Notes: generated by a model not told the origin, from the sequence alone. A DNA stretch of 64,000 nt from Meiothermus sp. (GCA_033762915.1 JANRLD010000013.1:58547-122546); one strand, 5' to 3'; counted from the stretch's first letter, positions 1-10,602 are shown. Numbers and translations: made by a program.

Positions 1-463
1 CCAGCTCGGGCCGGTTCAGGATGGCCTGGGCCAGCCCGACACGCTGCTGCATCCCCTTGGAGTAGCCCTTGATCCGCTCGCCCTCGCGGCCCGTGAGCCC
101 CACCAGCTCGAGCACCTCCGGTATGCGCCGGCCGATCTGCTCCTCGCTCATCCCATAGAGCTGGCCGTGGAAGCGCAAGAACTGCCGCCCGGTCATCCAG
201 TCGTGGAAGCGGAAAAGTTCGGGCAGGAAGCCCACGCAGCGCTTGGCCTCGAGGCTGTCCAGGGGCTGCCCCAGCACCCTCGCCTGGCCCGAGGTGGGGT
301 GGGTCAGGCCCAGCAGCATCTTAACAGTGGTACTCTTGCCCGCCCCGTTGGGGCCCAAAAAGCCGAAGACCTCGCCCTGGGCCACCTCGAGGCTCAGGTC
401 ATCCACGGCGGGCCGGCCCCGAAAAACTTTGCGCAGGTTGCGGGTCTCTATCGCCAGCCTCAT
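1..463 (-). CDS. ABC transporter ATP-binding protein (3' end runs off the window)
   Basis: Manual translation from ATG at 463: MRLAIETRNLRKVFRGRPAVDDLSLEVAQGEVFGFLGPNGAGKSTT (Walker A) ... YSKGMQQRVGLAQAILNRP (ABC signature). Not in the ORF track because it is truncated. Confidence 0.93.
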   Translation of the reverse strand, partial: MRLAIETRNLRKVFRGRPAVDDLSLEVAQGEVFGFLGPNGAGKSTTVKMLLGLTHPTSGQARVLGQPLDSLEAKRCVGFLPELFRFHDWMTGRQFLRFHGQLYGMSEEQIGRRIPEVLELVGLTGREGERIKGYSKGMQQRVGLAQAILNRPEL

Positions 464-628
464 TGCCCCCACTCTAGGGCTTTGCCAGTCCCGCATTGTG
501 GGGCGCGGCGCAAAGGGAGTCCGGCCTGTGGGCCAACCGAGCGGCGGCGGAGGCCGGAGGATGAGCGGGGCCATCCGCTGCTTTTGGTCCGTGTTGGGAT
601 CAGCCGTCAGCCCGGGTGGGCAGATATC

Positions 629-719
629 GAGCGGTTCCCACGCATACTCCCTACAGCGGTTTTTGCTGTAGGGAGTACATTGCCTGCCGCCAAGAGGGGG
701 GTAATGGCGGGAAACCCGA
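629..719 (+). mobile_element. Short palindromic repeat family A (MITE-like), copy 1
   Basis: GAGCGGTTCCCAC...GGGAAACCCGA ends and internal hairpin TACTCCCTACAGC/GCTGTAGGGAGTA; homologous copies at 22223, 40467, 56565, 61811. Confidence 0.8.
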
Positions 720-917
720 TCAGTCGCGCGAGAAGCATTTCAGCCAAACTCGAACGGCTAGTCGAGGTCGCTTATGCTTGGCGGCTTACCCTCGTAACGG
801 GCCAATGTTCGTAATTCGCTCTGCTTCTGGGGATTTTTGCCTACGCTAGGGCGTGTTGAGTTTCATCCAAATCCTTGAGTCCCCGGTCGGGGTGACACGG
901 ACGGAAAGCTCGAGATT

Positions 918-3062
918 ATGCCGCAAACGATCTGCCTGCAAAGGCTGCTGTCCCTCAGTCTAGGCCTAGCCGTTTTGTCTGCCTGCGGAAGTCCAGCAGC
1001 GGTGCCAGGCCTTCGTATCACTCCCGCCAGCCAAGTGCTATCGGCGGGCGGGGCTGCGGTAGCCCTCGAGGCTGTCGTGACCAACAGCAACGCCCCGGTA
1101 CGATGGGCCATCAGCCCCAACCTGGGTAGCTTGGATACCACTAATGGAAAGGTTGTGCGCTACATCCCCCCGGTCAGCGTGACCAAGAACGAGTCCGTTG
1201 TCGTTATGGCCACCCTCGAGGGCACCGGTGTTCAGGCCAGAGACACCCTTACCATCCAGCCCGCGACCGGCCAGACCATAGTGCTCAACCCCATCAGCCT
1301 AAGTCTGAACGCTGGGGACCCTGTCGTCAGCTTCGGGGTCGGCGGGTTCGTTGGCACCCTCAGATGTACCTTGCGACCCGTTGTAGGCAGTTGCGCGGTG
1401 AAGGGTGCTTGGGTGGAATACGCTCCACCCGCTCAGCTCGAGGCAGCGGCCGACGTAAGCTTATCGGTAGGCCTCGAGGGGGGTAGCGTCACGGCCACGG
1501 CCCGCGTTACCGTCAGGCCCCGCCCGGTGCTTCAGCCCAGCATCCGGCTCAGCCAGACCAACCTCAGCACCACCTACGGCGCGGCCCCGACCCGCCTCGA
1601 GGCGATCGCCAACACTGGCGGAACGGTCACTTGGGCCCTTTTGCCCGAGGTAGGCAGCTTAAGTACGACCACCGGCAACGCCGTGATCTATACGCCGCCT
1701 ACCTTTGTTGGGGATGCGACCACCGTTATCCTCACCGCAAGCCTGAGTGGAACATCTGCCCAGAGCATAAGTATTATCAGCCTGAAACCCCCCAGCAGCC
1801 AAACCCTTAACTGCATTACGGTTGATCCCTCGGACAACTCGTCGATCGTAGGCTATGCCGATCGGGTCTCCTATCTGCCGGGTCAGACTGCCGAGTTCAA
1901 GTTGAGCGTTCCAGGGGGCCGCAGCTTTGATATGGCGGTTTTCCGCGACGCCCATCAGTCGGAGCTGATGTATTTCCAAGGTAACCTCCAGGGGCAGTTG
2001 CAGCCTATGCCCGCCACTCGTCCGTACCAGCAAGACTTAGGCTGGAACACTTCGGCCAGCTTGGTTGTTCCGAACACTTGGCGCAGTGGTCTCTACCGGG
2101 CTAGGTTCATAGACTTTGCCCACCGAACCTGCTACCACGTGGTTTTTGCGGTTAAGAATTCCTCGAGCACCAGACCACTCATCGCAGTTCTGGCCAACAC
2201 CTTCACCTGGCAGGCCTACAACGACTGGGGCGGTGCGTCGCTGTATAGCTGTGCGGCGGGCACTTGCGACGGTCGAGCCCTCGCAACCCTTCTGTCACTG
2301 CGGCGGCCAAATCGTGGGGTCTTCAACCCCAACTTGAGCAGCGGAACCCGAGTGGTTTTGGAGTGGCTTGAGCAGCAGGGGTACGCCTACGATCTGGTTA
2401 CAGACAATGACCTAGATAGCGATCCGACTGTTCTAGACGGGTACCGGATTCTGGTCTTGCCTCGACATAGTGAGTACTGGAGCGCTAACATGCGGAATCG
2501 TCTGGATGTGTTCTTGGCTCGAGGGGGCTACTTGGTCAGCCTCGGCGGGAACCAAATTTACTGGAAAGCTGTGGTCAGGGAGGGTCAAATTGAGGTCAAA
2601 AAACTTGCCGCTGACCGCAAGCACACCCTGGCTAACGAACTCGGCGGACTCTGGCGCGATTTGAACCTACCGGAGGCGGCAGTGCTCGGCAACCGCTTTA
2701 CTGCCACCGGCATGGGTTCAGCCAACTTGGCCCCTTACCAGGTGGTGAGCCCCGATCACTGGGTGCTTGCGGGGACGGGGCTTCAAGCGGGCCAGAGCTT
2801 CGGCGCCGAATGTTCGGGCTGGGAGACCGACAAGCTAGACCCAGCCAATAGCCCGGCCAACGCAGAGCTGATCGCGCGGGGAAGCAACACCGACCCCGTC
2901 CGACACGGCCAGGCGGGGGCGGATATGGTGTACCATGCCCGGCCGGAGGGAGGGGCGGTGTTCGCGGTAGGTTCACTGGCCTTCTTTAGCGACGCTTGTC
3001 GCAACGACCCGATCATCACCCGAATAACCCGCAATGTGTTTGAACGGTTCCTGGGGCGGTAG
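918..3062 (+). CDS. Lipoprotein with three Ig-like repeats and a C-terminal N,N-dimethylformamidase large-subunit-like (DmfA2_C) domain
   Basis: Lipobox LSAC; repeated 'W..P.(L/V)GSL...G..V.Y.PP' modules; TWQAYNDWGG, HSEYW, GNQIYW, GWETD and GADM...GGAVFAVGS motifs typical of this family. Confidence 0.82.
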   Translation: MPQTICLQRLLSLSLGLAVLSACGSPAAVPGLRITPASQVLSAGGAAVALEAVVTNSNAPVRWAISPNLGSLDTTNGKVVRYIPPVSVTKNESVVVMATLEGTGVQARDTLTIQPATGQTIVLNPISLSLNAGDPVVSFGVGGFVGTLRCTLRPVVGSCAVKGAWVEYAPPAQLEAAADVSLSVGLEGGSVTATARVTVRPRPVLQPSIRLSQTNLSTTYGAAPTRLEAIANTGGTVTWALLPEVGSLSTTTGNAVIYTPPTFVGDATTVILTASLSGTSAQSISIISLKPPSSQTLNCITVDPSDNSSIVGYADRVSYLPGQTAEFKLSVPGGRSFDMAVFRDAHQSELMYFQGNLQGQLQPMPATRPYQQDLGWNTSASLVVPNTWRSGLYRARFIDFAHRTCYHVVFAVKNSSSTRPLIAVLANTFTWQAYNDWGGASLYSCAAGTCDGRALATLLSLRRPNRGVFNPNLSSGTRVVLEWLEQQGYAYDLVTDNDLDSDPTVLDGYRILVLPRHSEYWSANMRNRLDVFLARGGYLVSLGGNQIYWKAVVREGQIEVKKLAADRKHTLANELGGLWRDLNLPEAAVLGNRFTATGMGSANLAPYQVVSPDHWVLAGTGLQAGQSFGAECSGWETDKLDPANSPANAELIARGSNTDPVRHGQAGADMVYHARPEGGAVFAVGSLAFFSDACRNDPIITRITRNVFERFLGR

Positions 3063-3131
3063 TAGTCGGCTATTATGCGACAGATCAGAAGACGATCGAT
3101 CTCCGCAGGAAGTATGTCCAGGCAGTTGATA

Positions 3132-3276
3132 AGTTGCGCCAAGGTAGAAGTGCGGAATCGGCGGAAGCGGGAAATACGTGCCAGGGCGGAGTGGCGTGCG
3201 CCATAGCCGCGGAGCGGCTACCCGAGGCACAATTCCCTGCGGGAGTTGGCGGGCGGCATGTAGCTTTCCAATTATG
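3132..3276 (+). repeat. Dispersed repeat family B, copy 1
   Basis: AGTTGCGCC...CAATTCCCTGCGGGAG...CAATTATG; near matches at 42795-42897 (+), 15768-15853 (-) and 3475-3583 (-). Confidence 0.75.
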
Positions 3277-3474
3277 GATACCTTTAGCCAGCGGTTCGGC
3301 AACACCGGGTTTTCGTGGGAGCCGCTCCCGGGGCCGAAATCCTTGCTCTGGCGCGCTTGAACGATCGGTACAACCTGAATCGAATCGTGAAATCTCGCAA
3401 TCGTGTGATCAACGCGCTAGTTTGGGCGCAGTTCGTCCGAAAAGCTACTCTCGTCTGCCCGCCCAAGTATCGCA

Positions 3475-3583
3475 ATAGTTGAGATGCGAAATGCCGCCCG
3501 GCAGCCCGTTAGGGAATTGCGCCGGCAAGCTGCTCGCTGCCGAGGTCGCGTGGAGAGTTTCGCAAACGCACTATGGCGCAACT
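3475..3583 (-). repeat. Dispersed repeat family B, copy 2 (inverted relative to copy 1)
   Basis: Reverse complement reads AGTTGCGCC...GGCGCAATTCCCT...GGGCGGCATTTCGCATCTCAACTAT. Confidence 0.65.
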
Positions 3584-4064
3584 TAGTCCGTCGCTAAACC
3601 GCTAGATTGACCCAGCTTCCAGCGGGTTTGTAACGGGCGTGACGCAGCCAAGCTGCATGATAGGGCTACCTGCCGATAGTAGAGACCTTGACGTCCGTTA
3701 AGGCGTTGTAGATAGGTTTTGCGGGGCTTACGGGTGCCGCTAAAGGCGCTTGGGGACGCGGGGCCTGACTCGGGCGTTCGGACACTCCATCGGGTCAAAT
3801 GTACCGGATAGTAGCCAAATTTCCCCTGATGAGGGACGCGGCGTAGGCTGCACCGCCGCTCTCGAGAGTCCTTGAGGGTCTTGTGGTACTACCCGAATTG
3901 GGTTTATGCCAAGACCCTTTGGTTTACGCTGGGGATAACGAAAACACGCCCCCGAAACACTTTATCGCCGCTTGGTTTTGCCCTACCCTGCCTGTGTGGG
4001 GCCTCGAGCCCTTTCGCGTGCCCGCCCTTACGACCTGCTGACTATGAATGGGAAGCGTGAGCCG

Positions 4065-6272
4065 ATGCTGAAGCAGACCCCTTGGACCAAGGCCCAGTGG
4101 CTATTGTGCGCAGCCCTTCTGACCCTGAACGCGTGCGGCACACTCGAGGTTCAGATCCGGGTTACCCCCCCCAGCCAGACCATCGAGGCTGGCGGCCCGG
4201 CAGTTCCCCTTGAGGCCATGGTGACGGGCAGCTCCACCTCGGTGCGCTGGGCCGTCACCCCCAACCTGGGTAGCCTGGACGTTAGTAGCGGGACCACCGT
4301 CCGCTACACGCCCCCCGCTAAGGTGAACAAGCTCGAGACCGTGACTATCACCGCCACGCTCGAGGGATCTGCCCTCCAGGGCTTTAGCAGCCTCACCATC
4401 CGGCCGACCGCCGCCGCCAATCAGCCCTTGTCCCTCGACCCTGCCGGGCTGAGCCTGGTCACGGGCGGCCCGGCGGCTCGTTTCCACGTAACTGGTTCCA
4501 CCGGCGCACTGGCCTGTGCCCTCGAGCCCGTCCTGGGTCGTTGCCGGGTGGAGGGTGCGGAAGTCGAGTACACCCCGCCTGCCCAACTCGATAGTCCGGC
4601 CCAGGTCCTTCTGACAGTAGGCCTTGAGGCGGGTGGAGCTCAGACAAGTGCTGTTCTCGAGCTGTCCCCCAGTCCCGGTAACCTCCATGCCGATATGGGT
4701 GTCAGTCCGGGCAACGTGACCACCCGCTACGGTGCAGAGGCTACCCGTTTTAGCGCCGCGGTACCTGAGGGTGCGATGGTCACTTGGAGCTTGTTTCCAG
4801 ATGTGGGCACTTTGAGCGCAACCAGCGGTAGCACCGTCAGCTACACCCCACCCAACCTCATCTCGCCGTACCCGGTTACAGTCATCCTTACCGCCTCGTT
4901 GGAGGGCTCTGCGATACGCTCCAGCACCGCCATCACCGTTCGCCCCCCAACCACCGCCGAAGTACCCACTTGCCAGTCCTACCTCAGCCCTACCTCCAAC
5001 GAGACCCTGGTGGGTCTTACGTCCCGGATCTCATACGCCTCCGGCGAGCGGCTCGAGCTGCGGGTGAGTTCGCCTAATGGGGCCTATGACTTGCTCATAT
5101 ATAAGGAGGGCCAAGCCAGCCAACTCCTGCTGTACCAGCGGCAGATTACTGGTCAGCGCTACGGGGTTCCGGCCCAGCCCTACGCCAACGGCGTGAACTG
5201 GCCGACCAGCTTTCACTTCACGCTCCCGGCCAACTGGTCGAGTGGTTTGTACAATGCGATCTTGATGGAACGGGCGTCCCAGCGGTGCTATGAGGTTGTC
5301 TTTGTAGTGCGGCCCCGCTCCGACCAGCCTAAAGCCCCCATCGCCCTGCTGGCCGCCGACCTGACCTGGCAGGCCTACAACTCCTGGGGCGGGGCTTCCT
5401 CGTACCGCTGCGCCCTGGGGGAGGCAGACTGCGTCTTCCTGGGCAACCCCGGTAGTGCCCAGACCGTCTCCAACCGGTATGCGCCGGTTCTCAGCACCCA
5501 CCGCCCTAACCCCTCTGCCTACTTGCGGCGCGAGCAGAACTTCGACCACGGGGCTTTGGGGCTGCTCACCCTGGTGCAGTGGCTCGAGGCCCAGGGCTAC
5601 TCCTTCGACGTGCTCAGCGAAACCGACCTGCACCAGACCCCAGACCTGCTCGAGGGCTACCGGGTACTGGTGCTGGACCGGCATAGCGAGTACTGGACCG
5701 GGCCAATGTACGACCGCCTGGAGCAGTTCTTGGATAAAGGTGGCAGCCTGTTTAACTCCGGCTCTAACCAGATATACTGGAAAACTGTCCTCCAGAACAG
5801 CCAGCTCGAGGTGCGCAAGGATCGTCTAGCTCATGGCTTCGATGGGAGTCCCGGCGGGCTGTGGCGTGAGGTGGGGCGGCCAGAGGCCCGGATGCTGGGG
5901 TCGCGCTTCACCTCCACCGGGGCCGACTATGGCAACCGCGCCAACTACACCGCCTTGCGTCCTGACCACTGGGCCTTAAGAGGGACCGGCCTGACCATGA
6001 ACCAAACCTTTGGCAGCACCTGCTCGGGCTGGGAGACCGACAAGGTAGATCCCGCCAACCGCCCGGAGGGCCTCGAAGTCATCGCCCGCGGCAACAACAT
6101 CGACCTCAACCGCCCCGGACAGGCCGGGGCTGACATGACTTACTATACTCACGCGGGCGGCGGTGGGGTCTTCTCGGTCGGTTCACTCAGCTTTTTCAGT
6201 AGTACTTGCCGCAACGATCCCGTTATCACTAGGGTTATTCGCAACGTATTCGACCGGCTGTTAAGCCAGTGA
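4065..6272 (+). CDS. Paralogous lipoprotein with Ig-like repeats and DmfA2_C-like domain
   Basis: Lipobox LNAC after ATG 4065 (ATG 4044 is an alternative start); TWQAYNSWGG, HSEYW, NQIYW, GWETD motifs; collinear with 918-3062. Confidence 0.82.
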   Translation: MLKQTPWTKAQWLLCAALLTLNACGTLEVQIRVTPPSQTIEAGGPAVPLEAMVTGSSTSVRWAVTPNLGSLDVSSGTTVRYTPPAKVNKLETVTITATLEGSALQGFSSLTIRPTAAANQPLSLDPAGLSLVTGGPAARFHVTGSTGALACALEPVLGRCRVEGAEVEYTPPAQLDSPAQVLLTVGLEAGGAQTSAVLELSPSPGNLHADMGVSPGNVTTRYGAEATRFSAAVPEGAMVTWSLFPDVGTLSATSGSTVSYTPPNLISPYPVTVILTASLEGSAIRSSTAITVRPPTTAEVPTCQSYLSPTSNETLVGLTSRISYASGERLELRVSSPNGAYDLLIYKEGQASQLLLYQRQITGQRYGVPAQPYANGVNWPTSFHFTLPANWSSGLYNAILMERASQRCYEVVFVVRPRSDQPKAPIALLAADLTWQAYNSWGGASSYRCALGEADCVFLGNPGSAQTVSNRYAPVLSTHRPNPSAYLRREQNFDHGALGLLTLVQWLEAQGYSFDVLSETDLHQTPDLLEGYRVLVLDRHSEYWTGPMYDRLEQFLDKGGSLFNSGSNQIYWKTVLQNSQLEVRKDRLAHGFDGSPGGLWREVGRPEARMLGSRFTSTGADYGNRANYTALRPDHWALRGTGLTMNQTFGSTCSGWETDKVDPANRPEGLEVIARGNNIDLNRPGQAGADMTYYTHAGGGGVFSVGSLSFFSSTCRNDPVITRVIRNVFDRLLSQ

Positions 6273-6384
6273 CAGCCTTCCCGAGTCACCTCTCGCCTGG
6301 AGTGTTGACTGAGGATCTGATGGCTCTTCCCTGGACGGTTTGAAAGACCAGCCTTGGTGGGTGATACCTCCTTGGCATTCACTC

Positions 6385-6490
6385 CACCTCAACTCCAAAT
6401 TCGTCAAGCTCTGCCAAGGGCCCGACCTGCTCCTCGGCTTCTTGCGTCATGCTGGGCTGGCCCGTAAGCAACTTTGGTGAGGGTCGATAA
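6385..6490 (+). pseudogene. Possible C-terminal remnant of an IS630-family transposase
   Basis: Reads HLNSKFVKLCQGPDLLLGFLRHAGLARKQLW*, which resembles the '..RRPDL..GFL.HAGL' ends of some IS630 transposases. Short and degenerate. Confidence 0.3.
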
Positions 6491-6854
6491 AGCGGCGTAA
6501 CACGTCGGGTATCGGTTGGAAACGCAGAGGGTGGAGCTTGAGCGATTTCAAGCCATTCCTAGCTGCAGCCCTGCTGTTTCTGCTCACGCGGTGTCGGACG
6601 TGTAGAGCGTGTGGAGCCGCAGGGCGTTCGCGTGAACGCTAGGGATTGAAGCTCGACGGGCGGCCTCGAGGCCGCCCGTCCGCTCGGCATTACGTCACTT
6701 TTCGGCCTGCAAAGCCGTGAACCAAGGCGGCGTCCAGGTGTAACGCGCAAATAACCCGCACCTAGACTGGGCAGCCTATAACGTAGTAGAAGGGCGTAAC
6801 GCCTAAATCCGACACCACCGTATGGCTATGCAGGGTAGCCGCAGAGAGGAAACA

Positions 6855-7961
6855 ATGCTGACCAAACCCCGTATCCCCATCCTCGACCTTTCCCCCGAAG
6901 TGGACGAACTCTGGGAGGAGCTTAACGCCGCCATCCAGCGCGTGCTGCGCTCCGGCGAGTTCATCATGGGTCAGGACGTGAAGGCCCTCGAGGGCGAGCT
7001 AGCCCAGTTCCTGGGGGTTCAGCACGCCGTCGGGCTCAATTCCGGCACTGATGCGCTGTTTATCGGGCTGCGGGCTATGGGGGTCGGGGAGGGTGACGAG
7101 GTGATTACTACCCCCTTCACCTTCTTCGCCACCGCCGAGGCCATTAGCTTGATCGGGGCCACCCCGGTCTTCGTGGACGTGGATCCCGCCACCTTTAACC
7201 TGGATCCCGAGCTGATCGAAGCCGCCATCACCCCCCGCACCAAGGCCATCATCCCAGTTCATCTCTATGGCAGCCCGGCCAACATGGGTCGCATTATGGA
7301 GATCGCCCAGAAGCACGGGTTGAAGGTGCTCGAGGACTGCGCCCAGTCATTCGGGGCCACCTACCAGGGCCAGCACACCGGCACCATCGGGGAGGTGGGG
7401 GCTTTCTCTTTCTTCCCTTCCAAGAACCTGGGGGCCTATGGCGACGGCGGCCTGATGACCACGGGAGACGACCAGATCGCTGAGACTGCCCGGATGCTGC
7501 GTGCCCACGGCTCGCGAAAGAAGTACCACAACGAGTTGATCGGCTACAACAGCCGCCTCGACACCCTCCAGGCCGCCATCCTGCGGGTCAAGCTGCCCCA
7601 CCTCGCCCGCAACAACCTGGGTCGTCGTGCGGTGGCTGAGCGCTACAACGCGCTGCTGTCTGGTGTGGAGGGCCTGATCACCCCCACTGCCCTCGAGGGG
7701 CACGTCTTCCACCAGTACACCCTGCGGGTGCTGGACGGCAAGCGTGACCTGTTGCAGAGAAAACTCGAGGAAGCCGGAATCAGCACCATGATTTACTACC
7801 CTATTCCCGTGCACAAACTGCCGGTCTACGCCCACTTGAGCCAGAGCTTTCCCGTCAGTGAGCAACTGGCCACGGAGGCCCTCTCGCTACCAATATGGCC
7901 CAGTTTGGGGGCGGAAGAGCAGGGGTACATCGCCGACCATATCCGCCGCATCCTAGGCTAG
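6855..7961 (+). CDS. DegT/DnrJ/EryC1/StrS family PLP-dependent sugar aminotransferase
   Basis: NSGTDAL, VHLYG, EDCAQS, SFFPSKNLGAYGDGG and GYNSRLD motifs; RBS GAGGA before ATG 6855. Confidence 0.95.
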   Translation: MLTKPRIPILDLSPEVDELWEELNAAIQRVLRSGEFIMGQDVKALEGELAQFLGVQHAVGLNSGTDALFIGLRAMGVGEGDEVITTPFTFFATAEAISLIGATPVFVDVDPATFNLDPELIEAAITPRTKAIIPVHLYGSPANMGRIMEIAQKHGLKVLEDCAQSFGATYQGQHTGTIGEVGAFSFFPSKNLGAYGDGGLMTTGDDQIAETARMLRAHGSRKKYHNELIGYNSRLDTLQAAILRVKLPHLARNNLGRRAVAERYNALLSGVEGLITPTALEGHVFHQYTLRVLDGKRDLLQRKLEEAGISTMIYYPIPVHKLPVYAHLSQSFPVSEQLATEALSLPIWPSLGAEEQGYIADHIRRILG

Positions 7962-7981
7962 GCCCGACCGTGTCCAACCTC

Positions 7982-9292
7982 ATGAGTTCGTCTCGAGCAC
8001 GCCTCGCCCGGCTACTGCCCAAGGGTCGCTTTGCCCGCGACGTGGGCAAGCTGGCCGGTGGGGCGGCCTTGGGTCAGCTCGTGGTCATCCTGGCCACTCC
8101 TGTCATCACCCGTCTCTACACGCCCGCCGATTTCGGGGTTCTGGCGGTCTTTACCACCTTGTTGGGTATCACGGCCGCGATGGTTAGCCTGCGCTACGAG
8201 TTGGCCATCCCGCTGGCCGACGACGACGCGGAAGCCGCCAACCTGCTGGCTGTGTGCCTGTTGCTGTGCGTCGCGGTGTCTGGGCTGCTGCTGGTGGCCG
8301 TCTTGGTCTTGGGCGCGTCCCTCACCCGCCTGACCAACAGCCCCTCGCTCGAACCCTACTTGTGGATGCTCCCGCTGGCCGTCTTTCTCGCCGGGGTCTA
8401 CCAGAGTCTCAACTACTGGCTGACCCGTGTGAAGAGGTTCGGGCCGGTGGCCACGACCAAGTTCAGCCAAGGTTTTGGCAACGCCCTGACTGCCATCGGG
8501 CTGGGTCTGCTGCATGCCCAGCCGCTGGGCCTTCTGGTCGGGCAACTGGTGGGGCAGAGCGCTGGCACCACCACCCTGGCTCGGGCCGGTTGGCAGAGCG
8601 GCCTGGCGGTGCTGCGGGGCTCGGTGGGCCGGGAAGCGATGACTGCTGCGGCTCGCAAATTCCGGCGCTTCGCCCTGTACTCCACGCCCTCGAGTCTGAT
8701 CAATAACATCGGCCTGTGGGTACCGCCGCTGCTGTTCGCGGGCCTGTACGGTCCAGCGGTAGCGGGTCTAGTGGCGCTGGGTGACCGCGTGGCCCGGCAG
8801 CCGCTCAATATCCTTGGCCTCAGCATCGCCCAGGTTTACTACTCCGAGGCCGGGAGTCTGGCCTCGCGGCCTCAGGAACTTAAACGCCTGTTTTTGCGTA
8901 CCGCCTTCAGCCTCCTGCGGGTGGGGGCGGTACCGTTCGCCCTCGCAGCGCTGCTGAGCCCCTGGTTGTTCGGATTGGTCTTCGGCCTGGAGTGGCGCAG
9001 CGGCGGCGTGTACGTGCAGTGGATGGCGCTGGCCTTCTTCGCCCAGTTCGTGATGACCCCCCTCTCCGGCACCCTCAATGCCCTCCAGCGCCCCGACCTC
9101 CAGGCGGCGTGGGACGTAGCGCGGCTGGTTCTTGTGGTGGGCGGCATCTGGCTGTGCCACAACTTGGGTGGGTCACCCGAGGCCGCCTTCGCGATCTACG
9201 GGGGCGGCTTGACGTTGAGCTACTTGCTGCTCTTCGCCCTAAGCTACTGGGCGCTCGAGCGCCGGGCGCTTTCAACCGGAGTTGATTCATGA
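7982..9292 (+). CDS. wzx: Polysaccharide flippase (Wzx-like)
   Basis: Many TM helices; 'P.ITRLY.PADFG...LRYELAIP' N-terminal motif of Wzx exporters; start may be GTG 7970. Confidence 0.85.
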   Translation: MSSSRARLARLLPKGRFARDVGKLAGGAALGQLVVILATPVITRLYTPADFGVLAVFTTLLGITAAMVSLRYELAIPLADDDAEAANLLAVCLLLCVAVSGLLLVAVLVLGASLTRLTNSPSLEPYLWMLPLAVFLAGVYQSLNYWLTRVKRFGPVATTKFSQGFGNALTAIGLGLLHAQPLGLLVGQLVGQSAGTTTLARAGWQSGLAVLRGSVGREAMTAAARKFRRFALYSTPSSLINNIGLWVPPLLFAGLYGPAVAGLVALGDRVARQPLNILGLSIAQVYYSEAGSLASRPQELKRLFLRTAFSLLRVGAVPFALAALLSPWLFGLVFGLEWRSGGVYVQWMALAFFAQFVMTPLSGTLNALQRPDLQAAWDVARLVLVVGGIWLCHNLGGSPEAAFAIYGGGLTLSYLLLFALSYWALERRALSTGVDS

Positions 9293-10602
9293 TTTATCTG
9301 TACGGGCTTCTGTTCCTCATGGCCGTTCTAATGCTCGGGCGGGTCTTCGCCCGAGACTTCCGGCTGGGGGTGCTGTGTGGCCTGACCGTCTTGGTCTTCG
9401 TACCCCTGGTCATCCCTATCCACCTCCTGCCGATCAACGGGGTGGTGGTGAGCCTTCAGTTGGGCTTCGTCTTCCTGGCTTTCCTGGCGTTGCAGATTCG
9501 AGACCGGGGAACGGTTGACCCGCAGCTTAACCAGCAACGTTTCGCGGGGTGGGTGATACTCGGACTGCTGTTTGGCTTTGCTCTGCTGCTGTTCACATTC
9601 TGCTTCATCTCGCCGGACGCCGAGCTCGGCTTCGCCAAGACGGGGCTGTTTGTGCTGCGGGTGTTGATCCCCTTGCTGGGGTTTATCTGGTTACTGCCGA
9701 TCACCAAGCAAGAGTTGCGCGTGATGTTCAACAGCATTCTGATGGGTTCGGTGTTGGTCGCCGTTGGGTTGTTTGCCTTCGGCGACATCGCGGCGGAACG
9801 GGTGGGTGCGGACGCTAGCCCCATCACCATGGGGCGGGCTATCGGTTTAGGTGCTGTGCTGTGCATCACCATGTTCCTGACCAACCTCCGAACCAACAGC
9901 TGGGTAGTCTGGGGGTATCTGGCCCTGGGTCTGGTGCTGCTCTTCACCATCTTGTTCACTGGCTCGAGAGGCCCCTTGCTGGCAGTTGGGGTTGCGCTGC
10001 TGGCGATCTTGCTGTTAGCACAAAGCGGGGCAAAATCGAAACTGTTCTCGTTCCTGCGGCTCGCCCTCTTGGGGGCAGCCATCTTTGCTGCCCAGTCTTT
10101 TACCCCGGTGGATTCGCTGCAATTCCGCAGCGTCAATCGGGTGTTCAGCTACCTCGAGACCCTCGGTACCAACAGCAGTGACTTGGCCCGCATCCGGTTT
10201 GTCGAGGTAGCACTGAACGAGATCCAGCGGGGCAATCTGATCGGGGTGGGAACCGGGGGGTTCACCTACCTGATGGGGTCGCTGGACTACCAGTACCCTC
10301 ACAACGTGCTGCTGGAGGTGCTGGTCGAGCAGGGCTTGCTGGGTCTGTTGGCTTTGCTGGTGCTGTTTGTCCCCACCTTATCGCGGCTGCTGTCGCTGGC
10401 CATACGGGCTAGGGGCGAGCCCTACACGGTATACGTGGTCGGTTTGTTCGTTTACAGCCTGACCAACGCTCTGGCCTCGGGCGACATCGGCAGAAACCAG
10501 CTGTTGTGGCTCGCCATGGCGCTGGTCTGGCTCGTGCACGCGGGCCTCAAGCAGGCTGAGCGCGACCCCAACCCCAAACCCTCGAAACTGGAGCTGGCAT
10601 GA
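9289..10602 (+). CDS. O-antigen polymerase/ligase family membrane protein (Wzy/WaaL-like)
   Basis: Multi-TM protein with TGSRG, G.G.GGF and YPHN.LLE..VEQG.LG motifs; ATGA overlap with wzx. Confidence 0.85.
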   Translation: MIYLYGLLFLMAVLMLGRVFARDFRLGVLCGLTVLVFVPLVIPIHLLPINGVVVSLQLGFVFLAFLALQIRDRGTVDPQLNQQRFAGWVILGLLFGFALLLFTFCFISPDAELGFAKTGLFVLRVLIPLLGFIWLLPITKQELRVMFNSILMGSVLVAVGLFAFGDIAAERVGADASPITMGRAIGLGAVLCITMFLTNLRTNSWVVWGYLALGLVLLFTILFTGSRGPLLAVGVALLAILLLAQSGAKSKLFSFLRLALLGAAIFAAQSFTPVDSLQFRSVNRVFSYLETLGTNSSDLARIRFVEVALNEIQRGNLIGVGTGGFTYLMGSLDYQYPHNVLLEVLVEQGLLGLLALLVLFVPTLSRLLSLAIRARGEPYTVYVVGLFVYSLTNALASGDIGRNQLLWLAMALVWLVHAGLKQAERDPNPKPSKLELA

